This document shows positions 15,917-28,690 of a stretch of 64,000 bases of DNA, piece after piece. The notes below the pieces were generated by a model. That model ran no database searches. It was not told where the DNA came from and saw nothing but the letters and a program-made list of their open reading frames with translations. This DNA comes from Eledone cirrhosa (Eukaryota). Both the position numbers and the translations under genes were made by a program. The DNA is taken from the NCBI GenBank assembly GCA_964016885.1, contig OZ024746.1:73718001-73782000 (forward strand), written 5' to 3'. How positions within the stretch are numbered: position 1 is the stretch's first letter; each line of letters starts with the position of its first letter.

Positions 15917-16762
15917 CATACATACATACACACACACATACATACATACATACATACATACATACATACATACATACATACATACATACATACATACATA
16001 CATACATACATACTCAATACATGCATACAAACATACACATATAGATATGTATAGGCTATATATATGACTCCACAAGTCAGATAGAGCTGGTGACAATATT
16101 CTTAGTCAAGTTTACATTTGATAGTCAATCGATGAAAGACTGTTGGCCATGAAGAATTATAGATACCAATGGCCTGTCTCTTACTCCTACTTCCGATTAT
16201 GAATGTTACAGACAAGAAATATGGATATTAATAGCATGTATAACATTTCTAGTTCCAATGAAGAGTGCTACACAGGTCTTAGTATTGATGAGAATGCTGC
16301 ATACATTGGCGCTATGATCAAAGCTAGTATGACAAAGGAATACTTCAGTACACTTCGTAGTTAAGAATGTCAGAGCATTCAATAAAACCATATATCCCTT
16401 GAAAAGATCCACAAGAGTTAACTTCAACATCAAGAGTGGTATTGACAAGGGTGGTGGAGTAGCATTGTCGTCAAAGCGTCGGAATATGTTTAGCAGTATT
16501 TGTTCCGACTTCCTTCCCCCTGAGTTAAATTCCAGCCGAGGTCAACTTTGCCTTTCATCCTTCCAGAGTCGATAAAATAAAGTACCAAATCCTTGCATAA
16601 TGTTAAACATTGATGCTTTTCGTTGCCTTGCTTATGAATTTACTATCTCTCATATTTGGCTTTTTAAAAATATTATTTTTTTCAGTTAATGCCTGTTATT
16701 TATTGATTATTACCTGCTCTACCTGGTATTTTGGGACATTCATTCTCAAAATTTAATATTTT

Positions 16763-16887
16763 TTTCCTGAAGAGATTTTGTGATATGTGATTGCAATGTT
16801 TGCTGATTTAATTACTTAATTAATTAACGTACACATTTTTATTGATGTTTGCAATTACATTTCGTTAAATCGAAACTGATGTGGAAA
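16763..16887 (+). ncRNA. Hammerhead-like motif with a very long stem II, probably inactive
   Basis: TTTC-CTGAAGA-GATTT...AAATC-GAAA-C TGAT G-TG-GAAA; the cleavage position is G. Confidence 0.45.
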
Positions 16888-16939
16888 TTTATAAAATTAT
16901 ATATATAACTGCATTTTTATCCAAGCTTGTTTCTTCTGT

Positions 16940-17412
16940 AATCAACCTAACACTTATTCAGCGTTCTTTTGCCATCATCGCTCGCACCACTTCCACATTT
17001 TGTTCATTTGCTGAGGAGATTGGCCTTTCAGAACAAAGTTCATCTTCAACATTTTCTTGACCCTCTTTGAAAGTTTTGTGCCACATAAAAACCTTTACTT
17101 TTCGATAGAGTGGCATCTCCTTAAGCTTGTGTTAAAGAATTAAATGTTTCGGTGGCAGATTTGTTGAGATTCACACGCAATTTGATCGCATACCGTTGTT
17201 CGATATTTTCCTGTATAGGAAACGTAACAGATATCATAAACACATCTGTACATAAATAGCAATAACTTACGACTGACTCAACTGATCATGTTGAAACAAG
17301 TAGGTATGTGCGGTCAAGATCAAAACCAATATGCCTATATACATCAAAGTGATGCTGCTCTTCCATGTCGTACATAGCAAATCAGTACCTTGCTTTTGGG
17401 ACAAACCTCGAA
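16940..17412 (-). mobile_element. Mariner transposon 5' fragment (TIR and N-terminal HTH)
   Basis: TIR-like CGAGGTTTGTCCCAAAAGCAAGGTAC at the right end. Minus-strand ENIEQRYAIK...KSATETF..L..A*GD...WHKTFKEGQENVED...RP. Confidence 0.85.
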
Positions 17413-17413
17413 C

Positions 17414-17490
<77 letters not shown>

Positions 17491-17532
17491 CATCCCCCCT
17501 CACTCTCTCTCTCTCTCTCTTTACACACACAC

Positions 17533-17566
<34 letters not shown>

Positions 17567-17919
17567 AGATATAGATATATACATATGTGTGTGTATGTGT
17601 GTGTGTATGTGTGTGTGTGTGTGTGTGTGCGTGGCGAGCACATGTATACGTATATATGCCTGTATTTGTAGTCTTTTGTGTGTATGTTTATAAGTAACAC
17701 TCTTAACGATACACAATTTAGCTTTGATACGCTTTAGCGCTGTTTCACTTTAGGGCTTTCTATTGTTGTTGAAACTATTTTATGTGGGTAGCACTACGTT
17801 GATATAAAAATTGTATGCTGACATCTAAGAAACTATTATTTACACTCCCTCCATATATGTCAACTACTTTAGACAATTTTTTACCCATTAATAGTGGAAA
17901 ATGGATTGCAACTTCAAGT

Positions 17920-18380
17920 GCTGAGGTGACAAGGAAAACATCACAATGGGTGTGAAACTACAAGTGATTAGATGATTGGAAGCTGGTGAACTTCAGGCAT
18001 ATGCGGTTAAGTCTATAAACTGTGCCACATCAACGATTAGAACCATCACTAAAAATAGAAACAAAATAAAAGCTTCTGTCATGACGACCTCTTTGTTATC
18101 AGCAAAAAAGGTGTCTTCAAAGAATGTATTTCTGGAAAAGAAGAAGTAAATATGGAAGATATGCTTGCTATATGGCTGGACTGTGAATCACAACTCAACA
18201 TTCCATTAAACCAACTTATCATAATGGGAAAAACAAGTAGAGCTTCTTCAAACTCGTACAAAAAGAGGAAGATAATCGAGAAATGTTCTGAACCAGCAGA
18301 TGATGGTTTGAAAGATTCAAACAAGGTAATATCCTACATGATATTCATATGACTGGTGTAGCTGAAATTACAAACACCCA
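17920..18380 (+). mobile_element. Tigger/pogo transposase relic (CENP-B-type HTH)
   Basis: ITMGVKLQVIR*LEAGE...STIRTITKNRNKIK and MEDMLAIWLD...IPLNQLII...WFERFK, with stops and frameshifts. Confidence 0.8.
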
Positions 18381-18779
18381 AGGAGTCAAGAAATGTCTAC
18401 AGGTTCCTGTATAAAACCACTAAATCTTAATTAAACTTGATTTCTAATTCTATCGTAACTTGAGATCACAAAGTGTAACATCGTTATTATGTGGCTTTTA
18501 CCAAAGTTAGTAAATGCTTCGAGAATGCGGTAGCTGGTCTCGGGATTTACAGTCATTTGGCGATATCAACCACCGGTTAAAAATAGCTAATTAAGGAAGT
18601 AATATAATTGTAGCACATGTTTTAGAAAAGTATTTAGAGCTCTGACCAACGTACTTTTGAATATGGTTATGTAAGTATGTATGCAGGCACGTATGTATGC
18701 AGGTAAGTATGCATGTATGTATAGATGTATGTATGTATGTGCATATATATATATATATATACATATATGCGGGGTATAT

Positions 18780-18843
<64 letters not shown>

Positions 18844-18951
18844 GAAACGTTAAGACCCTCTTCCTGCTATATCAAGCGTTAACCTAATATATCCCTTCAA
18901 TATACTGTACCGATTGTGTTGTTATTTCTGTTTACCTTTTACATACATACA

Positions 18952-18983
<32 letters not shown>

Positions 18984-18990
18984 GGTAGGA

Positions 18991-19112
<122 letters not shown>

Positions 19113-19240
19113 CTGGTCTGTAAAACAACTGATGTTCTTACATTGAGGTAATTACTGGTAATAAGGTAGTAATAAATTACTGACCTTCCCTGTTTATAGT
19201 TGTTTATAGTATAGTATATACATAACTATAAATTGTATCT

Positions 19241-19300
<60 letters not shown>

Positions 19301-19403
19301 AATCTTTGGATTGGTGAAACCGTCGGTAACAGCAACAGAACAGGTGATTATTTAAATCATTTTTTAATTTATTTAAAGAATTGTTTGATAATTGCTTGCT
19401 CTG

Positions 19404-19449
<46 letters not shown>

Positions 19450-19454
<5 letters not shown>

Positions 19455-19990
19455 CAGATTAAAGTTTAAGCAAAGAATCGCTGCTTTCACCCTTAACGGG
19501 ATCTTCTGAAACCAAAAAAATCAATATGTGAATGCTGCAACCGAAGGAAAACAGGAAGACGATACTTTGGTTCGTGAAGACGTTAGTTGGCAATGAACGA
19601 AAAAAAGCGAAGATAATACGTCGTTATGTGGAGCGTGGTTTTATAAACGTGGTTTTATCTTTGCGTGTAATTGTTCTCCCGCGCCACATAACGACATATT
19701 ATCTTCGCTTTTTCCCGGTCACTGCCAGGGAACGTCTTCACGAACCAAAGTATCGTCTTCCTGTTTTCCTTCGGTTGCAGCGTTTTTCGAAATATTTACT
19801 TCTGCGTTCACAGATTGATTTTTTTAGTTTCAGAAGATCCCGTTAAGGGTGAAAGCAGCGATTCTTTGCTTAAACTTTAATCTGTTATTTTAATAAATAT
19901 TTGCTTTAGGGTTATTATATATTTGATATATATTTATCCTTATTGAGCCCTCTTTGGATTTTAGTCTTCACATTTATTATTATTACTATA
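19450..19990. repeat. TA-embedded fold-back element; family also at 24992-25172, 35293-35945, 38581-38640, 48315-48432 and 56330-56408
   Basis: AAATAACAGATTAAAGTTTAAGCAAAGAATCG...; arms of about 190 bp in inverted orientation. Confidence 0.85.
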
Positions 19991-19991
19991 T

Positions 19992-20175
19992 GATTGGCAG
20001 TATCGGGAGAGGATCGGACGCCATAGTTTGACGCATAGAGTTACGGCCCTTGCCATTCTGAGTTCAAATCCCACCGAGGTTAACTTTGCCTTTCATCCTT
20101 ACGGGGTCGATAAAATAAAGTACCAGTAATGCACTGGGTAATTGCTGGCCTTGTGCCAAAAAGTAGAAACAGTTA
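19992..20175 (+). mobile_element. Same SINE family
   Basis: High identity to the 49666 copy. Confidence 0.85.
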
Positions 20176-20234
20176 TTACTATATATATATATATATATAT
20201 ATATAAGTAGTTCCATAACAGTTAGTTCACCATA

Positions 20235-20312
20235 CCGAGAACAATTGTTTCACCTTATGCGGATCTTCAGACCGAGTTGAAGATCCGCATAAGATGAAAC
20301 ATTTGTTCTAGG
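20235..20312. ncRNA. Pair of hammerhead motifs on opposite strands at a palindrome centre
   Basis: The two arms give a consensus CCGAG-CTGAAGA-TCC gcataa GGT-GAAA-CAATTG-TT-CTCGG. Confidence 0.65.
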
Positions 20313-20676
20313 TATGGTGAACTAACTGTTATGGAACTACTTTTACCTAACTCGTCCCATGGACTGAGTGCTCTACTACTACGGATATAACCCTCCAGTG
20401 TTCTACTATTATATATATATAAAAGAAAATTTCGCTCTACAAGGCTGAATACAATACATGTAATCTGAGTTTTTCGAATATTAATAATAACATTCGATTC
20501 GTTTGCAATTATGCAAACAAGCCTAAATTTTATAGCCATGTCAGTAGATCTGCTAATATGCAGATCTGACTGATCAACCAGTCTGCTAATATGCAAATCA
20601 GGCCGATCGGTCACTATGTATTTTTGAAAATAGCATATATTTTCACTAACTCTGACAGTTTGGTAGGTGAACAGTG

Positions 20677-20723
20677 GGCTGTACTGATGAAGGGTGATAC
20701 CCAGAAACATTATGTTGGTAGCC
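20677..20723 (+). ncRNA. Hammerhead ribozyme motif
   Basis: GGCTGTA-CTGATGA-aGGGT gat ACCCa-GAAA-CATTATG-TT-GGTAGCC. Confidence 0.55.
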
Positions 20724-20892
20724 GAACAGAACTGCAGAAACATTAGTGTCTGCAGTTCTGTTCGCATGCCAACATAAGAGCAAGAATGAAGTGTTCATTC
20801 TACTGACATGGCTATAAAATTGAGGTTTATTTGCATAATTGCAAACGAATCAAATGTTATTATTAATATTCGAAAAACTCTGATTACATTTA

Positions 20893-21003
<111 letters not shown>

Positions 21004-21215
21004 TAGAAAATGAGGTTTTTTTACAAAATGAAAAAAAAACGAGATGTCCTACACGAGTCAAAGTATAAGAAAAAAAGATGAAATCGAAAATGCAACTGGA
21101 GTCTTTTTTAAAATATTTATTTGGTTCCTTACCGGTTTCGCAGTTCTTGTGCTTTTCAAAAGTAGAATTGAGATGGAGGGTTTGTGGTTTTTCTCGCATC
21201 TGCGATACATATTAT

Positions 21216-21257
<42 letters not shown>

Positions 21258-21303
21258 GGGCTGTATATGAACAGCAATTTATTTATAAAACTGATCTATA
21301 TTA

Positions 21304-21368
21304 TATTTTATCTGATGAAAGCACACTATAATTTAACTTGGTGTCCTTGAAATATGTATAATGAAATA
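21304..21368 (+). ncRNA. Minimal hammerhead ribozyme motif
   Basis: TATTTTAT-CTGATGA-stem II-GAAA-TATGTA-TA-ATGAAATA. Confidence 0.7.
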
Positions 21369-21409
21369 AATATGGTTTTATAAATATAGTTTCCATTTGT
21401 TAATATATC

Positions 21410-21459
<50 letters not shown>

Positions 21460-21686
21460 AGAGAATTATTTTATAATATAATATATACATCATTTCTACT
21501 CCCAATTAGCATAATTAACCACACAAAAAATCAATTAGACCAGGCTATGAGAATAAAAGGCACCTATGACGAAACAGTAAATAAATACACTACAGCAGCG
21601 TCTTCGCGGCCAACCGCTATAGAATATTTACCCAACATTTCAACAGCACGTGGAAATTAATTAAATATATATATATATATATATAT

Positions 21687-22110
21687 CTTTTGAGCTGACT
21701 TTTGGGATGCTCCCATACAGCTCTGAGTTTTTCATCCTCAGTGTATACTGATTAATGTTCAGAGCCATCCTCAACATTCTCGTGTAGCACCCATCCACCA
21801 TCTGAGTGAGTTTCTTGGTCAGTGTCCAAGTCTCAGACCCATACAGCAGCACAGACTCCACTACAGCAATGACGAGGCGGACTAACTGAGGTTAGCTGGA
21901 CATGCTCACCGACATCCAGAGTTGACATTGCACTCAGTGCTCCTTTGGGAGCCCCTACATGGACACACTAGAAGAGGAAGACCAAGGTTAACGTATGTTG
22001 ATGCCCTAAGGACAGACACTGGTCTGTTGGAGACGCAGGACATGGCAGCGATAATGAGGGACAGAGACCGCTGGAGAGAACTTGTCCATGGATCTCGGGA
22101 ATTTTACCCG

Positions 22111-22113
<3 letters not shown>
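21687..22113. mobile_element. RTE-X-type LINE 3' fragment with an inverted 5' segment
   Basis: Minus 21687-21884: ESVLLYGSETWTLTK...DGCYTRMLRMALN...ELYGSIPKVS. Plus 21885-22113: LRLAGHAHRH...VLLWEP.HG..RRGRP..TYVD. The two parts are consecutive in the protein. (TA)n on both sides. Confidence 0.85.
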
Positions 22114-22144
<31 letters not shown>

Positions 22145-22148
<4 letters not shown>

Positions 22149-22679
22149 CAGTATTTTTCTCTATATTTTATTACATATATTTACCCAACTGCGATTCTGT
22201 GTTTTTTCTCTCTCTCTCTTACTGCTCCCCCATTCTCTCTGTTTCTCCTACCTTCTTTCGCCCCTCTGTCATGTCCGTTAACTCTTCCTCACACTTTCAC
22301 TCACTCACTGTTTCTCCTCTCTTCATTTCATCCTGTACACCACGAAGGCTATTTTTCTCTCTTCTTACATGGCCATCGTTCGTGTCAGGTCTTTTTTCTA
22401 AAGCGCTCATATATTCACCTAGCTTATGCTAAACAGAATAATTTTGAAGCTTGTTTCTTTCCCCTACGGTTAGCTATACTCTTTGTTGTTCTCCTGTCTC
22501 ACTCGCTTTACGCGTTTCAATTGTCCTAATAACTTATTTTGGTTATTATTGCACCGACGTGAGGTATATGATTTTTAATGCAATGAAATATCTATGATCG
22601 TCGGCAAATCACTGATGAGGGACTCATTTTATTACATGTTATCTATGTGCTACCTGCAGTATTTTTCTCTATATTTTAT

Positions 22680-22680
<1 letters not shown>
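22145..22680 (+). repeat. TA-embedded interspersed element; family also at 36700-37148 (-), 47720-47995 and 56670-56910
   Basis: Shared gcacc...gaggtat...aaatcactgatga.ggact...gcagtatt block; terminal direct repeat GCAGTATTTTTCTCTATATTTTATT at about 22148 and 22657. Confidence 0.75.
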
Positions 22681-22727
<47 letters not shown>

Positions 22728-23804
22728 TTTTAGTAACATTATGCAACATAGTAGTACATATTACTCGCCCAAGAACATTTAGACTTCTGGAAATCGACCT
22801 TGATTCCGTTTTATATTAATGTTTTAAACTAATACTAGATCTCTTGCTCATCTGAATGTAGTGACATTTTAGAGTCTTGTCGCTGAAGCAGGATTATATC
22901 AGGTAATCCAATGTCATAATCCAGTGTCATATGGTAAGTTTACTGATTAGGTGATGTCCGAAGTGGTGGAATGATATGAATTAAATTACTTCTCTCGCAA
23001 ATCGTTGCAGTATTAGTAAATTAGATGGTTCCACATAAGTAACAGAGCAACATTGTGTTATCAATATGTCATTGCTATCTCATGATTTATGTAGCTTGCT
23101 TTAGATATCGTATGATTGATAGCATGGATGATGGTACTTAATAATTGTTGTTGTTATGGGCTGTTGTTGTTACTGTTGTTATTGTGGGCTGTGTTGTTTA
23201 GCCATAGGCCAGTCATAATGAAGCACATCTATGATGAAATGTGTTCCAGCCGTGACCACCCAGTCTTATGTACAATCCCAAGACCACATTACGCAAGTAT
23301 CCTTTTCTATGACTGTGGGTAATGATTTCAGCGGGATTTAACTGCCATTTCTAGCAGATCGAGCGATCACATTGATTTGGTGGTCTTATTGTTTAACCTC
23401 AAGTCAGCTCTGATCGAGCACACCTATGATCAAACAAATTCCAGCTGTTACAATTTCATTTTAATGGTATAGTTCTATTCTAAAAGTGTACTGTGGGATT
23501 ATACAGGGGTTTGTTGACTATTTCTTGCATTTGAGTATCCACGTAGTAGCGAATCCCTAGTTAGTACGTATAATGAGTGTTGTTATTACTGTTTGTATCA
23601 TTATGGCGGTAGTAATCTTTATAGTAATGGAGTTAGTAAAAGTATTTTTATCGTTCTTATTTTTATCATTATTAACAGCGATGATGTTGGCTGTAAAATA
23701 TATTGAAACATTTATATTGTTTAACCCTGAATGAGCTGACTTATCAAACAATTCTATCTATAACATTTCTGTTTTACATTTTACACACAACACACACATA
23801 CACT

Positions 23805-23899
<95 letters not shown>

Positions 23900-23994
23900 T
23901 TATATATATATATATAAAATTATTTTACTGTAGAGTGCTTCCAATCTACTGTAAAACTCATTCTTTGATGTACTCATTGAATCTTGTTTAACTC

Positions 23995-24043
<49 letters not shown>

Positions 24044-24293
24044 CCAGGTTTAGCAAATAGAGAAAACGTTTTAAAATAAATTTTAAAAAATTCGCTGTAC
24101 TTACTATATGTGCCTTTACCGCGGATCCATGTTCCAAAATAAACGGATAATCCAAGCGGAACTATATTGAGAAGGGAACTATCTTCAGAAGGCTCTTCTC
24201 GCTCGGAGAATATAACATTCCCGAGTTTAAATCACAAACTGACGCCATATATATATATATTACATAAAATTAGTTACAAGAGTGACATATACT

Positions 24294-24336
24294 GGTACTT
24301 AAGTTTCGTTGGGTATGCACCCCAACTCATTCAGCC
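24294..24336 (-). ncRNA. Hammerhead motif with a 1-nt core insertion
   Basis: GG-CTGAATGA-GTTGGG/CCCAAC-GAAA-C TTAA G-TA-CC. Confidence 0.55.
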
Positions 24337-24471
24337 TGTTAAGTTGGGGTATATAACCCAACGAAACTTAAATACCCATATATGTCACTGTTGTAACTAA
24401 GTATACTTAACTCGTCCTATGGACTGAGTGCTCTTACCCTTCGATATTTCTACCAAACCTTTATTACAGTA

Positions 24472-24575
<104 letters not shown>

Positions 24576-24918
24576 CAAGTGGAAGCTTAGAAAAATCGAA
24601 GGTTTGGCTGGGGCCAAGCAAAGCCGACCTACAATAAGGAATGAGTAGCAAAGCACTCAATAAGGGTAGGTCCTTCGAGTAATAACATTACGTTTAAAAG
24701 CTTGACAAATTGAAAATTGCGGTAGGCAAAACCCAACTACACAATACCAATATATATATATATATATTTGACCAATCCTTGTGACAATCACTTTTACCAT
24801 ATATGGAATTACCCCCTGAGAAGCTCGGCTATTCATATACCAGGATAAAAATTTTCATTTAGTCCAGAATTAGCCGTCGAAACGGCTTGAGCTCAGCCGT
24901 CGGGGTCCTACTCGTTCC

Positions 24919-24996
<78 letters not shown>

Positions 24997-25184
24997 TAAC
25001 AGATTAAAATAACAGATTAAAGTTTAAGCAAAGAATCGCTGCTTTCACTCTTAACGGGATCTTCTGAAACTAAAAAAAATCAATCTGTGAATGCAGAAGT
25101 AAATATTTCGAAAAACGTTGCAACCGAAGGAAAACAGGAAGACGTTACTTTGGTTCATGAAGACGTTCCCTGGTACTAGTAGTC

Positions 25185-25218
<34 letters not shown>

Positions 25219-25240
25219 CTTCATTCATGTGATCAAATAT

Positions 25241-25304
25241 ATTTTATTATACATATTTCAGAGGTACTGAGCTATTTCATCAGTACGTCCTCATCAGATA
25301 AAAT
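25241..25304 (-). ncRNA. Minimal hammerhead ribozyme motif, left arm of a palindrome
   Basis: Inverted copy of 25433-25496. Confidence 0.75.
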
Positions 25305-25432
25305 AAATTGGTGTCTGACATACCTCAACTGTGCTGATGGTTCAATTCCAGTCTTGGCAGCCAAGACTGGAATTGACTGCCAAGACTGGAATTGAACCAT
25401 CGACACAGTTGAGGTATGTCAGACATCAATTT

Positions 25433-25496
25433 ATTTTATCTGATGAGGACGTACTGATGAAATAGCTCAGTACCTCTGAAATATGTATAATAAAAT
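25433..25496 (+). ncRNA. Minimal hammerhead ribozyme motif, right arm of a palindrome
   Basis: ATTTTAT-CTGATGA-GGAcGTACTGA/TCAGTACcTCT-GAAA-TATGTA-TA-ATAAAAT. Confidence 0.75.
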
Positions 25497-25637
25497 ATAT
25501 TTGATCACATGAATGTCTATATTTATTAATATTTTGAAGTAATATTAATAACTCAAGAAAACCTCACTGTTGAGTGCTTCTAATCTCTTGTAAAACTTTA
25601 TTCATTGATTAATCAATGAACCTTGTTAAACTTTTGG

Positions 25638-25709
<72 letters not shown>

Positions 25710-26310
25710 TCAGGTTATCAATAATGTAGTGATAATGTATCGTTACGTTAGAGATGAACAGCGTACGTGTAGGTTTGCTCAACAAGTATAAATTATATTC
25801 CGGAGAAAATGTAGAAAAGATGAATATAAAATGAAAGTGCTTTTTTTAAAAAGGAATTTATTAGGTATTGAACTTCCCCAATTGACACTTTATAATTAAT
25901 ACTACTACACCAAATGACCAGCCCTGTCCACTATCCAATTGGTCAAGTAGAGATTAAAATTGGCACTCCCAAAAATTCTTATTTAGATAAAATGAACCAT
26001 TTACTCATGGTATTCTCATTAGAAACCCTTTATATACTTGTTTAGCAGTAAATTGAATTACTATCTGTCATATACTATCCCCTCTCTTCTTCCTCTTTTA
26101 CTAATATAAATACTTCAATTTTTCTGATTTTATCCAATTTATCCAAAATCTCTGAAGAAGTGACAACTGATTATACATTTGCTATCGAATACTTGCTAAC
26201 ATTATATGATTACGCAAGCAGCGATACATAGGTATTCCGTCTGTTACAGAAACATATGTCAATACCTAATAAATTCCTTTTTAAAAAAAGCACTTTCATT
26301 TTATATTCAT

Positions 26311-26425
<115 letters not shown>

Positions 26426-26682
26426 GACTACTTATCGTTTCGTCTTTTCGGGATCAATAAATACATTATCAGTCTATGGAGGTAGGTAACGGAATTGGTA
26501 AAGCGCCAGATGAGATTTCTTGCAATAAATTTTCCGTTTTCTTGCGTTCTGAGTTCAGATTCCGTCTGGTGATAGCGTTGTAGTTGCATATCCCCAGGTA
26601 AACCCATAACGAGTAGAATTGTGAACCATTCCAACCGTAATTCTCCTATCCTTTTCCTATGTTTTGGGAACTCATGACCTAA

Positions 26683-26873
26683 TAATTGTTTCTACTTTAG
26701 GCACAAGGCCAGCAATTATCCAGTGCATTACTGGTACTTTATTTTATCGACCCCGTAAGGATGAAAGGCAAAGTTAACCTCGGCGGGATTTGAACTCAGA
26801 ATGGCAAGGGACGTAACTCTATGCGTCAAAGCATGGCGTCCGACCCTCTACTGATACTGCCAATCCACCGCCC
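26683..26873 (-). mobile_element. Same SINE family
   Basis: Reverse complement of the 49666 copy. Confidence 0.85.
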
Positions 26874-27394
26874 TAATGACCTAATAATGAACTGTATCTT
26901 TTTCGATGACTGTGGGGTGTAATTTGAAACAGATTTGGCAGCTGTCTAACAGATCGAGGGAATATGTAGAGGATCCCTCGTTGGGACGTTGTCAATGATG
27001 GTATAGTGGTGATGGTGTTGTGATAGTTGTGATTATGGTGGTAGTTGCGATGATGTTGGAAATAGTGGATGTTCCAAGCCATCAGGCTCATCAGGTCGAT
27101 GCTTATCCTCGGTTTCAATTTACATCGGCATTAAGCGACAAAAGTACAAGAATTCTTTCTCTTCCAGGAGAAGTCGCCAGTCCGTCGCCGCGTTAAACCC
27201 CAGCTACTGCTGGTACTCATCTTCAAATGAATGCACTAGGGCCTCATGAAATGATGTTTTTTGCTTAATTACACAACGCGCCACCTTGTCCAAGAGTCGA
27301 ACTTATGGCATGATAATCGTAACTTTAACAGTGGTATTAGTGTTACTAAAATACATGGGTATAACAGTGATATTGATTACAACGACGACGATAA

Positions 27395-27401
27395 TGATAA
27401 C

Positions 27402-27450
<49 letters not shown>

Positions 27451-27732
27451 GTGTAGTGTTGGTAGTGTTGGTGGTGGTGGTGATGGTGGTGATGGTGGTG
27501 ATGGTGGTGATGATAAGGGTTGTTTGTGATGAGGATTGTGGTGATGGTAGCGGTGGTGGTGGTGGTGACAATAATGATGATGATGATGATGATGATGATG
27601 TAGTGTTGGTAGTGGTGGTGGTGATGGTGGTGATGGTGGTGATGGTGGTGATGGTGGTGATGGTGGTGATGATAAGGGTTGTTTGTGATGAGGATTGTGG
27701 TGATGGTAGCGGTGGTGGTGGTGGTGACAATA

Positions 27733-27783
<51 letters not shown>

Positions 27784-27879
27784 GTGTAGTGGTGGTGATG
27801 GTGGTGATGGTGGTGATGATAAGGGTTGTTTGTGATGAGGATTGTGGTGATGGTAGCGGTGGTGGTGGTGGTGACAATA

Positions 27880-27921
<42 letters not shown>

Positions 27922-28017
27922 GTGTAGTGGTGGTGATGGTGGTGATGGTGGTGATGATAAGGGTTGTTTGTGATGAGGATTGTGGTGATGGTAGCGGTGG
28001 TGGTAGTGGTGACAATA

Positions 28018-28065
<48 letters not shown>

Positions 28066-28161
28066 GTGTAGTGGTGGTGATGGTGGTGATGGTGGTGATG
28101 ATAAGGGTTGTTTGTGATGAGGATTGTGGTGATGGTAGCGGTGGTGGTGGTGGTGACAATA

Positions 28162-28209
<48 letters not shown>

Positions 28210-28305
28210 GTGTAGTGGTGGTGATGGTGGTGATGGTGGTGATGATAAGGGTTGTTTGTGATGAGGATTGTGGTGATGGTAGCGGTGGTGGTAGTGGTGA
28301 CAATA

Positions 28306-28350
<45 letters not shown>

Positions 28351-28446
28351 GTGTAGTGGTGGTGATGGTGGTGATGGTGGTGATGATAAGGGTTGTTTGT
28401 GATGAGGATTGTGGTGATGGTAGCGGTGGTGGTGGTGGTGACAATA

Positions 28447-28491
<45 letters not shown>

Positions 28492-28604
28492 GTGTAGTGG
28501 TGGTGATGGTGTAGTGGTGGTGATGGTGGTGATGGTGGTGATGATAAGGGTTGTTTGTGATGAGGATTGTGGTGATGGTAGCGGTGGTGGTGGTGGTGAC
28601 AATA

Positions 28605-28686
<82 letters not shown>

Positions 28687-28690
28687 CGAC
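27395..28690. repeat. Minisatellite of 8 units of about 140-160 bp, built from (GAT)n/(GGT)n and a unique spacer
   Basis: Spacer ATAAGGGTTGTTTGTGATGAGGATTG recurs 8 times. Confidence 0.9.

Noticed and set aside
22590-22622. SECIS element (ATGA...AAA...GA)
   Set aside because: The helix between the quartet and the loop is too short, and no linked selenoprotein ORF is visible.
27395-28690. CRISPR-like repeat/spacer periodicity
   Set aside because: The intervening segments are simple repeats rather than unique spacers, there are no cas genes, and the context is eukaryotic.
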